Assembly: GCA_963745235.1 (NCBI GenBank)
Contig: CAVUXE010000045.1
Location: 18,087-82,086, forward strand
Direction of reading: 5' to 3'
Length of the DNA stretch: 64,000 bases
From: an uncultured Spirochaetota bacterium
Lineage (GTDB): Bacteria > Spirochaetota > Spirochaetia > SZUA-6 > Fen-1364
Positions within the stretch are counted from its first letter, which is position 1, and each line of letters begins with the position of its first letter. Below, piece by piece: positions 63,244 to 64,000 of the stretch. Both the position numbers and the translations under genes were made by a program. The notes beneath the pieces were generated by a model. It did not search any database. It saw only the letters and a list, made by a program, of their open reading frames with translations, and was not told the DNA's origin.

Positions 63244-63318
63244 CTAAAGTATTGTTCGGGGTATTGTTTGGAACGTGGCCTTGGGCAGCCCAAAACGATA
63301 CCCGGAACAGTACTTTGG
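63244..63318. promoter_or_regulatory. Long imperfect inverted repeat in a divergent intergenic region
   Basis: Left arm CTAAAGTATTGTTCGGGGTATTGTTTGG vs reverse complement of right arm CCAAAGTACTGTTCCGGGTATCGTTTTGG. Confidence 0.6.
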
Positions 63319-63358
63319 TATCTTTGCGTCATTCATCCGCCTGCATAGAGTGGCTCAT

Positions 63359-63625
63359 GTGAGCTGCAATGACTTGCCCAACGCGGAAACCTATCCGGAT
63401 CAACCCATAGGCTACCAGATCAGGCTCCAGGGTCTTCTAAGACGCGAATGGTCGGACTGGTTCGAGGGTCTGACCATCACCTGGGAGGACAACGGGGACA
63501 CCCTCCTGACGGGGCTCATTGTCGACCAGGCCTTGCTGCATGGGTTGCTCAGAAAGATCCGTGACCTGGGAATGCCGTTGCTCTCCGTTACTCGACTTCA
63601 GACGCCCAAGGAGGAAGAGAAATGA
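63359..63625 (+). CDS. Small conserved hypothetical protein (ferredoxin/ACT-like fold suspected)
   Basis: YQIRLQG.L...WSDWFEGLTI...T.LTG..DQA.LHGLL.KIRDLG.PLLSV. Confidence 0.75.
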   Translation: MSCNDLPNAETYPDQPIGYQIRLQGLLRREWSDWFEGLTITWEDNGDTLLTGLIVDQALLHGLLRKIRDLGMPLLSVTRLQTPKEEEK

Positions 63626-64000
63626 CAAACGAAGAGGCTATCGGTGTGGACATGAAGGTAAGACTCTCAACCTTATGGATTTTTGCAATCCTCAACTACT
63701 TGTACTGTGACGTTGTTTCACTCTTCGATCCCTCAAACCTCAAGAACCTGATGGCGGGATACGCGGGGCCCATGTCCATCACGCCGGGATTTCTGTTGGG
63801 CACCGCAATCATGATGGAGATTCCGATTGCAATGGTTCTCCTGTCCCGTGTTTTGAACCATCCGGTCAATCGCTGGGCAAACATTATTGCGGGAACGATC
63901 ATGACCGTGATTCAATTCTCGTCACTTTTCATTGGGAAGATGCCGACGCCCTTCTACCTCTTTTTCAGCGTCATGGAAATCCCTTGCACGGTATTCATTG
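63622..64000 (+). CDS. DUF6326-like membrane protein, truncated by window end
   Basis: ATGA overlap with upstream stop; RLSTLWIF..LNYLYCD, MEIPIAMVLLSRVL...NRWANII. Confidence 0.8.
   Translation, partial: MTNEEAIGVDMKVRLSTLWIFAILNYLYCDVVSLFDPSNLKNLMAGYAGPMSITPGFLLGTAIMMEIPIAMVLLSRVLNHPVNRWANIIAGTIMTVIQFSSLFIGKMPTPFYLFFSVMEIPCTVFI

Overview
GC-rich bacterial genomic window of about 55 densely packed genes. No rRNA, tRNA, CRISPR array, integrase or transposase was recognised. Gene content loosely suggests an uncultured free-living Spirochaetia-like organism; this is inference only. Many genes are split by single-base indels, often in homopolymers, which most likely reflects long-read consensus error. 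A few genes also carry larger internal deletions or truncations. Ordinary content: EVE, zf-UBP, EamA, DinB-like proteins, 5'-nucleotidase, MCP, M1 aminopeptidase, MarR/MFS, a SorC-regulated sugar ABC-SIS-PfkB operon, zwf, a Liv-type ABC transporter, a dipeptide epimerase, a Zn/Mn ABC remnant with a Fur-family box, an ECF42-VOC-YciI-UvrA-like-DUF1801 block, SWIM and SNF2 genes, and decayed toxin-antitoxin pairs. Two loci stand out. (1) 37537-46630: a co-oriented five-gene cluster encoding a triple-PilZ / LuxD-like acyl-thioesterase / SAM-methyltransferase fusion, an atypical AMP-binding enzyme, an ACP, a B12-radical SAM enzyme and a 6-TM histidine kinase-REC-HD-GYP fusion. It looks like a self-contained, c-di-GMP feedback-controlled system for making and sensing a fatty-acyl signal (quorum-sensing-like). 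(2) 12241-15067: a cyanobacterial-type MPBQ/MSBQ (plastoquinone/tocopherol) methyltransferase sitting between a UbiA prenyltransferase and a UbiE/MenG methyltransferase in an apparently non-phototrophic context.
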